Positions 21,901-29,917 of a stretch of DNA of 64,000 nucleotides are shown in pieces. The notes below the pieces were generated by a model. That model worked only from the letters and a program-made list of their open reading frames with translations. It made no database searches and had not been told where the DNA came from. Both the position numbers and the translations under genes were made by a program. Position 1 is the stretch's first letter. Every line of letters starts with the position of its first letter. The DNA lies in the IMG/VR virus record IMGVR_UViG_3300042340_000379, positions 143,856 through 207,855 of that record. One strand, 5' to 3'.

Positions 21901-22999
21901 GGCAGAGCTGGCTGGAGTATTTGATGTTAGTCGTGATGAATCTAACATGCTTTCTTTAGCCATGGCAGCTAAACCTGACGGTAAGCAGTCTATCTTCGAG
22001 CAGCTTGCTGATTTGTCAGCTGGTCGCGCTAATGTTGAAGAGAAATATAACCAAATTTCAGATATTCACCAGGAAATGAGTACTGCTACTGGAACTCGTA
22101 AACAGTTTCTAGAGCAGCATCTAGCTCTACTTGAAGGTTCACTTGACTCTTATAGACAAGGAATTTCAACAAATGACACCAGCGCAGTAAGAACCGCACT
22201 GGCTGAAATTGGAAATAAAGAACGTCAATTTAGAACTGATCAGTTTAAAAAAGACGAGCGCGGCAGGCGGCTATTAATTCATAGCGCTGGAATGATGCAC
22301 GTCGCGTCAGGTTCTCAAAGTATGGGCGTGGTCAATACGCTTGGTCTGTTTGCAGCCCCTGTTGTTGGAGCTGCTCTTATGAGTGGCGCTGGATTAGATG
22401 AGCGGCTAGTCCTGGGCGGGTACGATTTAATGCAGGGTCTATCTACAGCTGAAGGATTTGCGGATAACAAAATGGCTCAGGCGACTAACAGCATGTTTAT
22501 CATGAGCCGATTACGCCAGCAAATGGCCGAGCAAGAAAGTCTATTTCTAGGTTCTGTAAAAGGCGTAGCGACAGAAGCACTTTACACAGGCCTAGCAGGG
22601 CTCGCCAGCCAAGCGTCCACCAGCCTTATGCGAGCAGCCGGGGCGCGGCAGGCAGCAGGAGGTTTAGGATCCGCACTTGCTGAAGCAGTCGTGACAGCGG
22701 CTGCTTTAGCTTTTTCTCGTAAAGGAAGCCAGTATGGCGTTCAAGACGAGGATTACAGTAGTCTAATGGCGCAATCTTTGTTAGACATGGCTCAGTCTAC
22801 AGAGAACATGATACAAGCTATGATTGAGAGGGCCCAAGACATTGAGGTCGAAACAGAAGACCAAATTGTCACGTTTGACTTTGATGCATCTATGGCACCC
22901 ACAGAATATGAAGAGCGGGTGACTGCTGGGTGGATTGAGTTCTCTGTTGCCTCTGATGAGTTTGATTCTGTCTACTCTGAAATTGGAAATTACGCTTAA
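12917..22999 (+). CDS. giant virion-associated protein containing a two-barrel RNA polymerase catalytic domain (candidate virion RNAP, possibly tape-measure fused)
   Basis: 3360 aa; GGDFDGD at nt 19745-19765 (D2279-D2283); upstream VNRAGGP; GEKIKYPGVSFVAV resembles the start of the beta-prime DPBB; long coiled coils; hydrophobic Ala/Gly C-terminus; located among tail genes. Confidence 0.7.
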   Translation: MDPLFPELDPALIDNQNSEVREQIRRLEKSTPEDIARQELTTPDLNSIGISRGFRLHYGEVSDRPGTRYNMLGQKIYEPPTLAMESQVGFYEPVSVRANVSLDQSLQVRAVNAIDSINYGRSVLTGQQRTVTSGLNTMFGRQFRSLMYDQQVRAAGLMGLSREDTRALLGEPAVREGLYQDAGFRTPSLESIMENMGTGMPSAERISDINRMGFYADRYADPESVQKLYREVNQLKNALGDGIKSVEKRYAYRKVNGMYEKVLVGLKVGVRNYNDLFDGMGLYSGTSAPAVERETAFNFTVDSKGQVIELNTNRVISGSLMALGPSSISTIVGSSLIGGEGRRQSSSATALGLLATYARSSELEARHGVVDGVFNTMIAQGEYGALGRVFAEALVSRNEKYVASRGLKFGEVAGQMLSSVGHKDFKKGIHELIESISYRGLEYYSSLHTVFKESFDENTARMELFRNRQSLLTAAFDPLLNYTGGEGSRFDGLIDTTMKRVVDLIQSDSSTQRLKIAGQDVDISLFDDLKVAALNMSPTGRSAYDLRKSQVSRSILQLMMSPFLMPHESGYSGSQSSSRLGLFAMSETRGQRGMYELFAISPSKHTHGMKSTKPGEYYKPIGSQSAKSSVMKYIGGFYKFDDTAAKVAEFYETKTLFAGMPSLKRAKLDDIQIHMQKAGYKSSREIIEKYRAEMQLKEDKDIEVLLMPFRKPEQISQRLKNLVGGRPMLEIATGLRRAVMSQSGQQLRSYFSGGDYGVSLDVGKALSGNIPAALNDIQYQQMEQERSRIIAELGLDEKKITPRQQSELSRLLTSRMREIETQFNEGGGYIQGKAARLTMVGMGVNMLSDFMLVNQEYVNNTAFGYLHHSKFRVSATQNVRYEGVGRVTEADPYFDWKTNRLAEVFKAGTSIYLSPTPLKNERAMEILKKTAQSMRSEFLARGISKRESDAQVRRTLQSNFKFLESVDIKDGEVTNATMRAGAYSFDGNDMRFQGELVGSSLRLGMLPTNNRQRLGETGLSGATSLDFFDVKIPGVIRSVSKGLVTVANDINFAPSSGGYEADINFLVTSDIPSGSRSSSLTKGPWSMYESESFWARAREQAIQHSFVSKQTAQEGVFGILSPTAFKGYNYEAGLDILRDAESRRDLLAIPADQTAFLLGIAFMEKGEKGQRLKAAMREYAKTQSLGSSVGLLLEDVNSGSSIEKMRNLMLSTPDIIEFAGGQSLDQMGDYLAQRFETGDFDPIKKSLNRIVGKALDKSVQMEQYVEGQSSLVRTFQEGDFSVRSAGLVADVLNTTRQLIYGGMTVGDDPLQGYALVDKEKGARVDRFIEDKDFRAATLDIAQKMGVRSLLPSQLKLEGALSSLKEGDELYSQVESMLYLMHGHFSTSPLVARASNMLPSRILVAAGSEDAVALEFHYSLNLSKREFGMLRGTGVDIEKFTDLQAAYGVVATHGSANSTSRMMQVISPFSTDKTQAGVAKTMSRLIEGYNDFSGKFKFLGSVGNLSLLDEVVRSMVTGKTDRTLQLMASYDLANRALRHQKGLGQFTEQTVMNVAGAFNPGSLDLDSASFSQLADLANIYGVKGNTKEELAKGLRETGPILGRGIPYYGPSRNPFEIKRMAMARAVIDLSKRQKQKGHGSLVFGVTSDNEDVRDIMKRERLSAYGFGYSDFRQALDLVSDTQTGRLLSDGNGDKDHVQRIAGRLQDHDRSVELMMEKAAGTSDTESFVDVLYKVVSGAQQVIENTERGSDDYKRAERLRSEVYQTKSLLMPFVQTARDGSKGIISLYDPTEMGGQLRFTGTPAIRLGLDVLSKVPAQFEDHISEVVDRQRQIWEILPEFQSIMDRLTTGPIMDANLGEISVIEEMQRLAIQSQEDAALLFGSVMAQRSQGEKIKYPGVSFVAVADYLATPMEAFVGSRVMGTGLDQVVRDAQASLNGEERRNNRWEAERERLLKRAVTHSQSTEKSVQNKFKLAQRRRMELLRQRVNIRKNLNENVGRLKEEQRVIKKTRERVFKQERGANYQAYRLDGLSQRYNHAQAEIYGARDNSQRELRELNPELNRLRKDTKFMQRQFVQNKLHQFVVEGQHVSIFNKEFIAGIGARDGVVQSELRSMIAQAPEGFVEGLSSGEISDQNYYDKFVSVLSKVDQQGQNIYRAELAGIESAMGHALRDGSGSRSDQRQIKKYMGRRAAFNQTQQIGFDFKPQEFAALQKLQSLTGYVNRAGGPSGGSIVNQQHSIQNVERLKNKQVSEGNQLSLALDGNQTALIVSMYGRFGVQGGDFDGDAYQLVFGFRDIQESLVKSINKRNQMEDSKLALELEMGSGEYGRDVLLRRAQLSNQIRVEQQGIDGLIGKLDNQFQMAGEQISQGVRRHVSSLTGVPLSIMLNKDVYSDEQVSNMIEQQRGITPGLTDFGDSYGGEATSYGFLFNDINQDLGSLNGSLGDYLDTKLEGKPYGLDKAQLSQFKQLTEEAMSKLDLVNSNASERAQAFGVELGTLNNLRMSLDTTQKFIQSAAGTVLDMKSFDLMQDAIGYVGTSLIGEGYNAITSMIGRSTLARTLAHGLGAESMVGLDTAALNLGGQIQERLDYLFAGGEKANTSSNIKEKFAVDEIKRTAYFAQEKSQQISGKLTMIQQMIRDSLKPKEAGGLIGAIVDNSADGEAFREKFDRLEKKEERLDALRNFVSTRAVTSMVDTNERGLINAFGAIFLMADYTKESSPEKMLSDKSDRYSVLRQTRELYEKQSSRLQQGKGLSSDLDTITRLRLQDPEFRDKMVNDDGFLIRQTVVDLINSATAQETTSKYLGYDANDRVRQANVIREQYIGALASERGLLDASSDFYFKNEQHQMAMMSALNIKEQDILGYTQGQVQNVFSDSNAAFKALTERTFVESTYLGMGQEDLEFSRNVIQAGRSLEFMEFGNQIAFAPFAAAQSENLVAIEQLMRRGKLDDPALMREVQINSSARLFDAIAKVSTKLTSQYGSLESAISKEEVYKGYSQMAELAGVFDVSRDESNMLSLAMAAKPDGKQSIFEQLADLSAGRANVEEKYNQISDIHQEMSTATGTRKQFLEQHLALLEGSLDSYRQGISTNDTSAVRTALAEIGNKERQFRTDQFKKDERGRRLLIHSAGMMHVASGSQSMGVVNTLGLFAAPVVGAALMSGAGLDERLVLGGYDLMQGLSTAEGFADNKMAQATNSMFIMSRLRQQMAEQESLFLGSVKGVATEALYTGLAGLASQASTSLMRAAGARQAAGGLGSALAEAVVTAAALAFSRKGSQYGVQDEDYSSLMAQSLLDMAQSTENMIQAMIERAQDIEVETEDQIVTFDFDASMAPTEYEERVTAGWIEFSVASDEFDSVYSEIGNYA

Positions 23000-23030
23000 A
23001 GCCCTCGTTCGTTTAACCCCTATCTATTAA

Positions 23031-23229
23031 TTGACACTCCTCAGCCTAAAGGCGTGAGGATTCTTGGACTCACTATTGCCTGTAGGACTTGTCCTAGCAT
23101 GGTCTTACTTAGTGATACCTAGTCTTGCAACTAGCTTCTCAAGCGTGAATTGCCGTATGCCCTGCGGTACTACACCTATTCTAATATAAAGCCGTGCTAG
23201 AAGCACGGGGTTTTAAACCCATTTTTTCG
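23031..23229 (-). mobile_element. non-autonomous IS200/IS605-family derivative (LE hairpin plus omegaRNA/RE, no tnpA or tnpB)
   Basis: Minus strand reads TTAT|CGAAAAAATGGGTTTAAAACCCCGTGCTTCTAGCACGGCTTT ... GAATCCTCACGCCTTTAGGCTGAGGAGTGTCAA. Confidence 0.75.
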
Positions 23230-23271
23230 ATAAAAACCTTTTCTTTGTAAGGATTAGAGACAACCGGCGAT

Positions 23272-24140
23272 CGTCAAGAATCCTTGGACGCCAAGATGGC
23301 ACAAAGAACCCCCTTTGGGGGGTGGAGGACTTGTGAGCGAGGATGCCTTTGTTATTAAGAACCTGGGTATGAGTTCTCGAATAGCCATTCACCCTGAACC
23401 ATTCCTCCCGTTTTTGAAAGGCGATCTACAATCTCGGTCGTAAAAGCCGTCTTGGGCTTTGTGTTGATCCGCTGGGCTTCAATGTCTGCAACTCTAAGGT
23501 CATACTTCGGGCCGTCAGGTATCTGGTCAGCAGAGAGCTGGTCAGTCGCAGTCCTCATGTTTTTTACATACTGCTGATAGTCGTTCCAACCCATTTCCTT
23601 TAGCTGGTCGAGGGTATATATTCGGCTACCCTCTCCATCGACCAAGACTATGTACTTGATATTCTCCTGAGCCAGAGGGGCTGAGAGCCAGTCGCCCACG
23701 TCTAGGGTGCCCAGTTCATTCTTGTACCCCATACTCTGGCCCCAGGGTCTACATGCTTCGGCTGACTGCTCATGCCAGAACGCAGCGACCATCTCTGTAT
23801 GATTGTTGCGATCGATGGTGGCTTGCTGATCGATCGATATCGTCTCGGTTGGGTCGATGTCTGGGGAGACTTCTACCTCTCCGCATTCGTAGTAAGACTG
23901 CGCAGCGACATCCTGCTTAGGCCTTTCTGCGAGAATCTTGGGCGCTACGAATTGCGATCCCGCCACGATCGCGCCAACGCTAGATAGCGTCAGTATTGTG
24001 GAAACAATCTTGCTCATAAGTTTCGTCCGTTGTGGTTGTAAAGGTCGGTCCACAAGAATACGTTTACTCTTGTCGACACTTTTTAGTATACGCCTAATTG
24101 CCGATCGCCACCCGTCAAGAATCTTTGGATGCCAAGATGG
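23272..24140. repeat. 28-bp direct repeats (23272-23299 and 24113-24140; 26/28 identical) flanking an inverted gene
   Basis: CGTCAAGAATCCTTGGACGCCAAGATGG versus CGTCAAGAATCTTTGGATGCCAAGATGG. Confidence 0.8.
23355..24053 (-). CDS. membrane-anchored or secreted moron-like protein (likely start 24017)
   Basis: N-terminal hydrophobic segment SKIVSTILTLSSVGAIVAG; opposite strand to its neighbours. Confidence 0.65.
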   Translation of the reverse strand: MDRPLQPQRTKLMSKIVSTILTLSSVGAIVAGSQFVAPKILAERPKQDVAAQSYYECGEVEVSPDIDPTETISIDQQATIDRNNHTEMVAAFWHEQSAEACRPWGQSMGYKNELGTLDVGDWLSAPLAQENIKYIVLVDGEGSRIYTLDQLKEMGWNDYQQYVKNMRTATDQLSADQIPDGPKYDLRVADIEAQRINTKPKTAFTTEIVDRLSKTGGMVQGEWLFENSYPGS

Positions 24141-24183
24141 TCAAAGATCCATTGGCATAGCAACTCATCATGTTAGTCTAACA

Positions 24184-24345
24184 ATGGAGGAAGCAAACGC
24201 CTTTGTTCAAGCCTGGTCACAAGATAACCGGCCTCACATTCAAAATATGCCTGAGGCTGCTAAGCTTAAGGCAGGCGATCGAGAGTTCTTTATTAGTGGG
24301 ATACCTCCCGAAGCTTTCGACAAAATGTTTTCTGACGAAGAATAA
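24184..24345 (+). CDS. small hypothetical protein
   Basis: 3' part of ORF 23938..24345 from ATG 24184. Confidence 0.4.
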   Translation: MEEANAFVQAWSQDNRPHIQNMPEAAKLKAGDREFFISGIPPEAFDKMFSDEE

Positions 24346-24461
24346 TAATGGATCTCTCTACTGCCTGTAGAGATTAATAGAAAGACGGGCTGCATCCAGC
24401 GGCCCTCTTTTTTGCCAAAAATTGAACGGTTTAGCTAAGCTGCCGCTGGTAAGCTTAGTAA

Positions 24462-24977
24462 ATGAGCGCCTCTACCCCCCTTATTGGAATTGCCCACCAA
24501 ATTACCCGGTTTCTTAGAGACCAGGTTCACCTTATGGCGATAGGGAATACTGTCACACCCTGGGCTACAGAAGGAATCGCGCCTTCTATTCCAACTACTC
24601 TGCTAGCTCTTCCTGAAATCTGCGGCTACTTCCCAATCAAAAGAGCAAGCCCAATTGTCCCTCACCAAAATGGAGAGATTCTTTCAGATGGGAGAAAATG
24701 GATTGAAGTTCATGGAAATGAGACAGACCTAGCCGCCGCTGCTTGTCGAGCTATTCTGTTTGAAGCCGACATTCGCCACTCGGTTATTCCTATTCAAGTT
24801 CTTAAATATAGAAGCGCGGGGCTGTTCACAGGCTGCTTTGTCAATGAGGCGATCGACGCTCAAAGCTTCTTTCTGCCTAACGAAATCGTTGGCTACTTAG
24901 ACAGCGCTTGGTACTTTCCTGCAATAGAAGTTCAAAGCAATCAAATTCAAACTCTCCAACTTATTAGGAGATTCTGA
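24462..24977 (+). CDS. putative baseplate wedge subunit
   Basis: HLMAIGNTVTPW...YRSAGLF pattern typical of myophage baseplate proteins; genomic context. Confidence 0.55.
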   Translation: MSASTPLIGIAHQITRFLRDQVHLMAIGNTVTPWATEGIAPSIPTTLLALPEICGYFPIKRASPIVPHQNGEILSDGRKWIEVHGNETDLAAAACRAILFEADIRHSVIPIQVLKYRSAGLFTGCFVNEAIDAQSFFLPNEIVGYLDSAWYFPAIEVQSNQIQTLQLIRRF

Positions 24978-26377
24978 TGCTCGCAAACTTTGCTCTCCTA
25001 ACAGGTTTAAGAGCGTTAATTGACCGCTTTGGTGGTCGGCAAAACATTCCCGAAGAAGAAATTACGGCTTTTATTGGAGCTCAAGCAACAGGCTCTACAG
25101 CCAGAGCTGATATAGAAAAGTTGTTTGAAACTCTTGAAGAAGCTCCTGAGATTATAGAAACACTTGCAGAAGAAGCTGCTGTAAGGTCTATTCTTTCAGA
25201 CCTTTCTCCAAACTTACAGTACGAAGATGAATCCCAAAATGGATTCTCTGCTTATGGTTACTTAGACTCAATTGTTTCTTCAGGTGGTGATAGCGCTAGG
25301 ATCACTCGGCTCTTCGACCCTGACCGGCAAGACTACTTTGGAATCAAATACTACGACAAGTTTACTGGCAAAGGGCGCTACTTTAGATTTAGTTTATTGC
25401 CCGCCATTGAGAACAAAATCTCTCCTTTAATTCCTGGGCAAACAGTCCCAGGAGTTCAACCTGGCATTATGATCAATACCGCCATGCGCCACAGGAATAT
25501 TTTAATTCCTGGCTCTACTCCTGTTTATCAAGCAATTGGCCTCGAGTCCGTTGAGATTCGTCTTTGTGGTTTGCTTAGCGGAGATGAAACTGTTATAAAT
25601 GACACGCCAGGCCCAATAACATTTACAGATAACGAGTTAGGTAATGCAACTAGTGGGTATGACCTCGCGCAATTTTTTAGAGAAGAAGTTGTAATTCCTG
25701 GGGTTCCTGTTGATGTTGAAATCTATGCTTCAGCAGGCCAAGTCGCGCCACTTCAACGAGAGGGCGCTAACCCTAACGGCTCAATTAAAATTAATGGGAG
25801 CCTTTTAATTAAAAGCTTTCGATCACTGTCAGCTCGAGCTTCAAGAGAATACTACTGCATCGATGCTTTTCTTATCAACTATAAATTAGAAAAACGAGCC
25901 GACCCTAAAGGAACTCAAAGCGCGGCAGACCTTGAGATTTGTCAGCTTTCAGCTCAGCAATGGAGAGAAAGCATAGGTGCTACAGATACATCTCCAGAGT
26001 CAGCTAGAGAAGGAAATCAAAATTCACCAGCTCCAGCCGAAGGGCAACCCGCAACCCCTACAGTAGTCCAGTTACCAGAACCTGTATCAAACGCTTGCTT
26101 AACCCTTCTTGCATCTAATGGGTTTGACATTTCAGATTTAAACAAAGCCCCTGAGCCCCCTCCTGTTCCAAGCACTGTTCCTGCTGCAATGGTTGGAGAA
26201 GGAGAGAGGGATAATAATGCTACAACGCCAGCTACAAGTGAAGTTGGAGCAAATGCTCAAACTGCTGGACAAGCTGCTCAACAGGGATTAGAAAATTTTT
26301 CTAATGTTGTTGGTGCTCAAGAACCTCTAAGAGCCCCTCAAGTGCTTATACAAAGAAACACTCAAGTAGCCCCTTAA
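24977..26377 (+). CDS. putative baseplate / tail tube initiator-like protein
   Basis: ILIPGSTPVYQAIGLESVEIRLCG pattern resembling P2 gpU-like tube initiators; genomic context. Confidence 0.5.
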   Translation: MLANFALLTGLRALIDRFGGRQNIPEEEITAFIGAQATGSTARADIEKLFETLEEAPEIIETLAEEAAVRSILSDLSPNLQYEDESQNGFSAYGYLDSIVSSGGDSARITRLFDPDRQDYFGIKYYDKFTGKGRYFRFSLLPAIENKISPLIPGQTVPGVQPGIMINTAMRHRNILIPGSTPVYQAIGLESVEIRLCGLLSGDETVINDTPGPITFTDNELGNATSGYDLAQFFREEVVIPGVPVDVEIYASAGQVAPLQREGANPNGSIKINGSLLIKSFRSLSARASREYYCIDAFLINYKLEKRADPKGTQSAADLEICQLSAQQWRESIGATDTSPESAREGNQNSPAPAEGQPATPTVVQLPEPVSNACLTLLASNGFDISDLNKAPEPPPVPSTVPAAMVGEGERDNNATTPATSEVGANAQTAGQAAQQGLENFSNVVGAQEPLRAPQVLIQRNTQVAP

Positions 26378-26382
26378 CTTTT

Positions 26383-27687
26383 ATGCTGCCGATCGCACTA
26401 CAAAATCATATCGCGGCGGTATCCGAACAGTTCGGAGGATATTCTGCTGTTGAAAAGCTAATTCCTAAAAGCCAGCTCTACTATCTTTCGCTTTTTCCAG
26501 GCCCATTTTTTGTAACTTCTCCCTGGGTTCTATACAGCGCTCAGTTTGAAAACTACGCCCCTGAGTTAAAGTTAGCTGGGCATATTCTTGGCGAGCAATA
26601 CAAAGTTTATAACCGAGAGCTATCATTCCTCTTCAAAGGAAACTCCGCTCTTTTTGGAGAATCAGAACAAGAAAAGCTTCTAATTAACTCTGCTTACAAT
26701 GGTGAGTTCTTCCATATTCAAGTTAGCACTCAGTATGGCCCAAAACTTGTAGTCCTCTGGGTATCAAAAGTTGTTCCTAGAAATGTTCAAGAACGAGCCG
26801 GACGAGCACTCAGGGAAAGTGTTAAGCCAGTTAGCCAAAACTCTCATGAAATATTTCTCAGCTCTGAAGGATTTTCATCAGTAAGAATCTACTCTTACAG
26901 AGGTGTTTCAAAACTAACTGCTAAAGAAATAGAAAATTCGGGACAAGCGGAAGTTATTGAAATTACTAATGGAAGAACGATTAGACTTACTCCAAAAGTC
27001 AGTACTTGGTATGCTTTTGAAGCCAACGGAAGCTCTTTAAGAGTAGCGCCTACAGGAGTGGGTGAAGAGCGGTGGACAAATCATGGCGATGTTTACCATT
27101 TTGAGAGTCAAAATCAATACTTAGTCGGCAGGGACAAGCTTGATCTAAGTGATTTTTCGCTTAGTCGTCAAAATCAAGCCCATCTCTTTGGCCAGTTAAC
27201 AAGCCCGCTGGTAAGTTCAGGAGCTATTAGTGGGAGTAGTGAATTTGCAGGAATTCCGTCAGAACCAACTCAGTTGCTTGTTACTGGATCAATTATTCGT
27301 AAAGGCTTGCTAACATCTGTAAATAGTGATAATATTAACCCACGAATTGTCGTTTTTGGTCTAGGGGTTATTCAAGGGGCAAGCCTTGAATTAAGTGGAG
27401 GGGAGTTTAATTCAACTACTATAACTTACGGGTCTATAGAAGGAAACTCTCCAAGTTCAACTGCTGCCTTTGAACAAAAGATTGAAACTTCTGGCTTGAT
27501 TACTGTAGAGCCTATATTAGTCTCTCCGTTTACTCAAGAGTTTCAAGAAAGCGCGTTTGAAAGCTTCTTTATACCTAGAAGTACAGGATCGCTTGAGTTA
27601 CAGATTTTTCCCCTCTACTTAAATATAAATTTCGATTTTTCCGACACACATAGTTCACTAACACTAGGGCTCCTAGGAACGCTATAA
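26383..27687 (+). CDS. putative virion structural protein
   Basis: 434 aa in the tail operon. Confidence 0.5.
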   Translation: MLPIALQNHIAAVSEQFGGYSAVEKLIPKSQLYYLSLFPGPFFVTSPWVLYSAQFENYAPELKLAGHILGEQYKVYNRELSFLFKGNSALFGESEQEKLLINSAYNGEFFHIQVSTQYGPKLVVLWVSKVVPRNVQERAGRALRESVKPVSQNSHEIFLSSEGFSSVRIYSYRGVSKLTAKEIENSGQAEVIEITNGRTIRLTPKVSTWYAFEANGSSLRVAPTGVGEERWTNHGDVYHFESQNQYLVGRDKLDLSDFSLSRQNQAHLFGQLTSPLVSSGAISGSSEFAGIPSEPTQLLVTGSIIRKGLLTSVNSDNINPRIVVFGLGVIQGASLELSGGEFNSTTITYGSIEGNSPSSTAAFEQKIETSGLITVEPILVSPFTQEFQESAFESFFIPRSTGSLELQIFPLYLNINFDFSDTHSSLTLGLLGTL

Positions 27688-27688
27688 A

Positions 27689-28333
27689 ATGCCAAACATT
27701 CAAGGCAAAGACGCTAACAACGCAACTATTTTTATCCGCTCAACTCGGGCGGGGACGGACTTAGATCCTCATTCTTCAAATGAAGATACTATTGATCGGC
27801 TTGGCCCTGTTGGCGAGACTGCACCAGCTAGTGATACAGCCAGCTCTGGGCTAAATGGGCGATTGCAACGGATAGCCCAGCGACTCACATCATTAATCAG
27901 CGGGATAGGAGCTACCAACGACGCAGCCGCTACCAGTGACACAGGGACGTTTAGCCTAATTTCGCTGGTTAAGCGACTGCTATCTAGGCTGGGCGCGACC
28001 CGGCTTTATGTCGCCACTACAATTGCAACCAGTGGAGACAATACGGTAATTTCTGCCCCTGCTGCTGGGGTGCGAATCGTTATTACTGGTTTGCGGATTC
28101 AGAATAACACATCCACGACAACCACACTTTTGTTAAAAGATGGTGCGGCCACAACTGTATCAAGACTTAGGGCTGTTAGCGATGGGAGCGGCCTGAGTGA
28201 AAACTATGGGCTTGGGGATGAGATTAGGCTGACTGCCGCAACAGCCTTTGTTATTAACCTTAGTGGGGCAAATTCCCACGGGGTTTCTGTGCGTTATTGG
28301 CTTGAAAATGCCTCAACCGGGCTACCTATTTAG
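27689..28333 (+). CDS. putative tail fibre / virion appendage protein
   Basis: Repeated G-x-x-x-x-AA/P-x-SDT...SL...R helical motif and a beta-rich C-terminus. Confidence 0.55.
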   Translation: MPNIQGKDANNATIFIRSTRAGTDLDPHSSNEDTIDRLGPVGETAPASDTASSGLNGRLQRIAQRLTSLISGIGATNDAAATSDTGTFSLISLVKRLLSRLGATRLYVATTIATSGDNTVISAPAAGVRIVITGLRIQNNTSTTTTLLLKDGAATTVSRLRAVSDGSGLSENYGLGDEIRLTAATAFVINLSGANSHGVSVRYWLENASTGLPI

Positions 28334-28344
28334 GAATATGCAAA

Positions 28345-28878
28345 ATGACGTTATTGATGGGTTCAGTAATTGGATTTACCTACGACCAACAGGCCGAACC
28401 GAGTAGCCCTACCGCTGGGCAAACCTGGCGAGAACGCAGTAGTGGCGACGTTATCATTGGCGAATGGGAATGGTCTGGGAGCCTTTGGCTTACTTCAACA
28501 CCGTCTCTTTCTGTACCCTTTGAAACTACCTCTTTCTCCTTAACGGCTGCGTCTTCTACTAGGTGCATCATTGGTGTCAGAGCCGTAGTCGTTGAAGTAG
28601 GATTTTTCGCGCGGATGACCGTACCGCCTTTGGACGCAGCTAACAGTTACCTAGTTACTATTAATTATGGCAGGGGCGATGGTGTTGCGGGATCTACTGC
28701 GCTTGGATCTGCACAAACGTTAAACGCCAACGAAATTAGCTATAAAAGCTCAACGTTAAATGTCTTGGGTTTAAACGCATACAACAACCATGCCGCCTAC
28801 TTTACGATGACAATATCTGCGGGAACTCCGGGTGCCGTTCGTTTTAATCCTTATGCTTTGTATAAAAGGGTGCGCTAA
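28345..28878 (+). CDS. putative fibre / receptor-binding-type protein
   Basis: EPSSPTAGQTW...WEWSGSLW motif common in phage fibres. Confidence 0.55.
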   Translation: MTLLMGSVIGFTYDQQAEPSSPTAGQTWRERSSGDVIIGEWEWSGSLWLTSTPSLSVPFETTSFSLTAASSTRCIIGVRAVVVEVGFFARMTVPPLDAANSYLVTINYGRGDGVAGSTALGSAQTLNANEISYKSSTLNVLGLNAYNNHAAYFTMTISAGTPGAVRFNPYALYKRVR

Positions 28879-29294
28879 TGCAAATTACAATCACGACCGC
28901 AGACGAATTAATGCACGGCCCTTTTGAAGTAGTGGATGGAGCGCCCAATCTATCTAGTATTGCCAGCCCCAATACCCAATCCGCATTGGCCGCTGCCTAT
29001 GCCGCTGGGAGCTACGCTACCTATACCCCGCCGCCAACAACCATCACAGCACCACCCACACCCACCCCCTCGGCCTTCCGTGCGGCTCTAGCGCAGACCG
29101 CTACCTGGATAGCCTGGGCTGAGACTCTATCCTTCGTGAGATACATCAACCTCACGACCGCCGCCGCCCTAGACAACTGGGCCGAAGCGCAGGCCATCTA
29201 CAACGCCATCAAGGCCACCACTTCACCGCCAGAGGCATCAATTACAGCCTGGCAGGCGTTGGCGGATGATAACGGCATTCCTATCACGTTCTAA
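28878..29294 (+). CDS. putative fibre-associated chaperone
   Basis: Coupled to the fibre-like gene; Ala/Pro/Trp-rich. Confidence 0.5.
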   Translation: MQITITTADELMHGPFEVVDGAPNLSSIASPNTQSALAAAYAAGSYATYTPPPTTITAPPTPTPSAFRAALAQTATWIAWAETLSFVRYINLTTAAALDNWAEAQAIYNAIKATTSPPEASITAWQALADDNGIPITF

Positions 29295-29420
29295 GCCTCC
29301 TCCCAGCCCCGCCATGGCCCCGCCATGGCTTTAATCGTCAACACACAGGCAAAAACGATTGATGCATTCTTGCCACAACTATTGGAGCTATAAGCAAAGT
29401 AACCCTTCTCATCCACCTAG

Positions 29421-29714
29421 CTAAGTTAAGCCAACGCGCTCATCAATATGTTGCAGCAAAGTGTAAAGAACAGACAGCTGGTTTATTTCCATTGGTGATA
29501 AACCTCTTTCTTGCATTCTTCTTATATTACGAATAAGAAGATCAAAATGGCGCATATAGTAGAAATCAACTAACTGCCGAACAGCAAGGTCATGACTAAG
29601 CCCATGCTGTTCGGCAAACTCATCGATCGCTATTTTAACAGGGTCACTAACTAATAGTCTGCACTTACTGTTTGCAGTTGTTCTGTGGCTTGCGAGTCTT
29701 GAGTCTTTTGGCAT
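29421..29714 (-). CDS. ribbon-helix-helix-like DNA-binding protein
   Basis: RLLVSDPVKIAIDEFAEQHGLSHDLAVRQLV. Confidence 0.55.
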   Translation of the reverse strand: MPKDSRLASHRTTANSKCRLLVSDPVKIAIDEFAEQHGLSHDLAVRQLVDFYYMRHFDLLIRNIRRMQERGLSPMEINQLSVLYTLLQHIDERVGLT

Positions 29715-29917
29715 GGTTCAAAATCAGGGTCACAGTTTATCAATAAATACTCGCCGTTTAGAACGACCGGCTTATCAGAATAAACCCATACCCCGTCACC
29801 TAATGTAATCGCGTAATGGTCACTTGAAATTAAAAGGCAGTTGTCCTGAACTTTTGCATATTTAGCCAAGTAGGCTAAAACTTTAATCAGATTAATTAGC
29901 TTAGTTAACAAAGACAT
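29651..29917 (-). CDS. hypothetical protein
   Basis: 88-aa ORF coupled to the PAAR gene. Confidence 0.5.
   Translation of the reverse strand: MSLLTKLINLIKVLAYLAKYAKVQDNCLLISSDHYAITLGDGVWVYSDKPVVLNGEYLLINCDPDFEPCQKTQDSQATEQLQTVSADY

Noticed and set aside
23031-23229. Autonomous IS or tnpB gene
   Set aside because: Only the ends and the 3' tnpB/omegaRNA remnant are present; no transposase or RuvC ORF is in the window.
29306-29327. 11-bp tandem duplication GCCCCGCCATG
   Set aside because: Short isolated duplication at a module boundary with no further support for a function.
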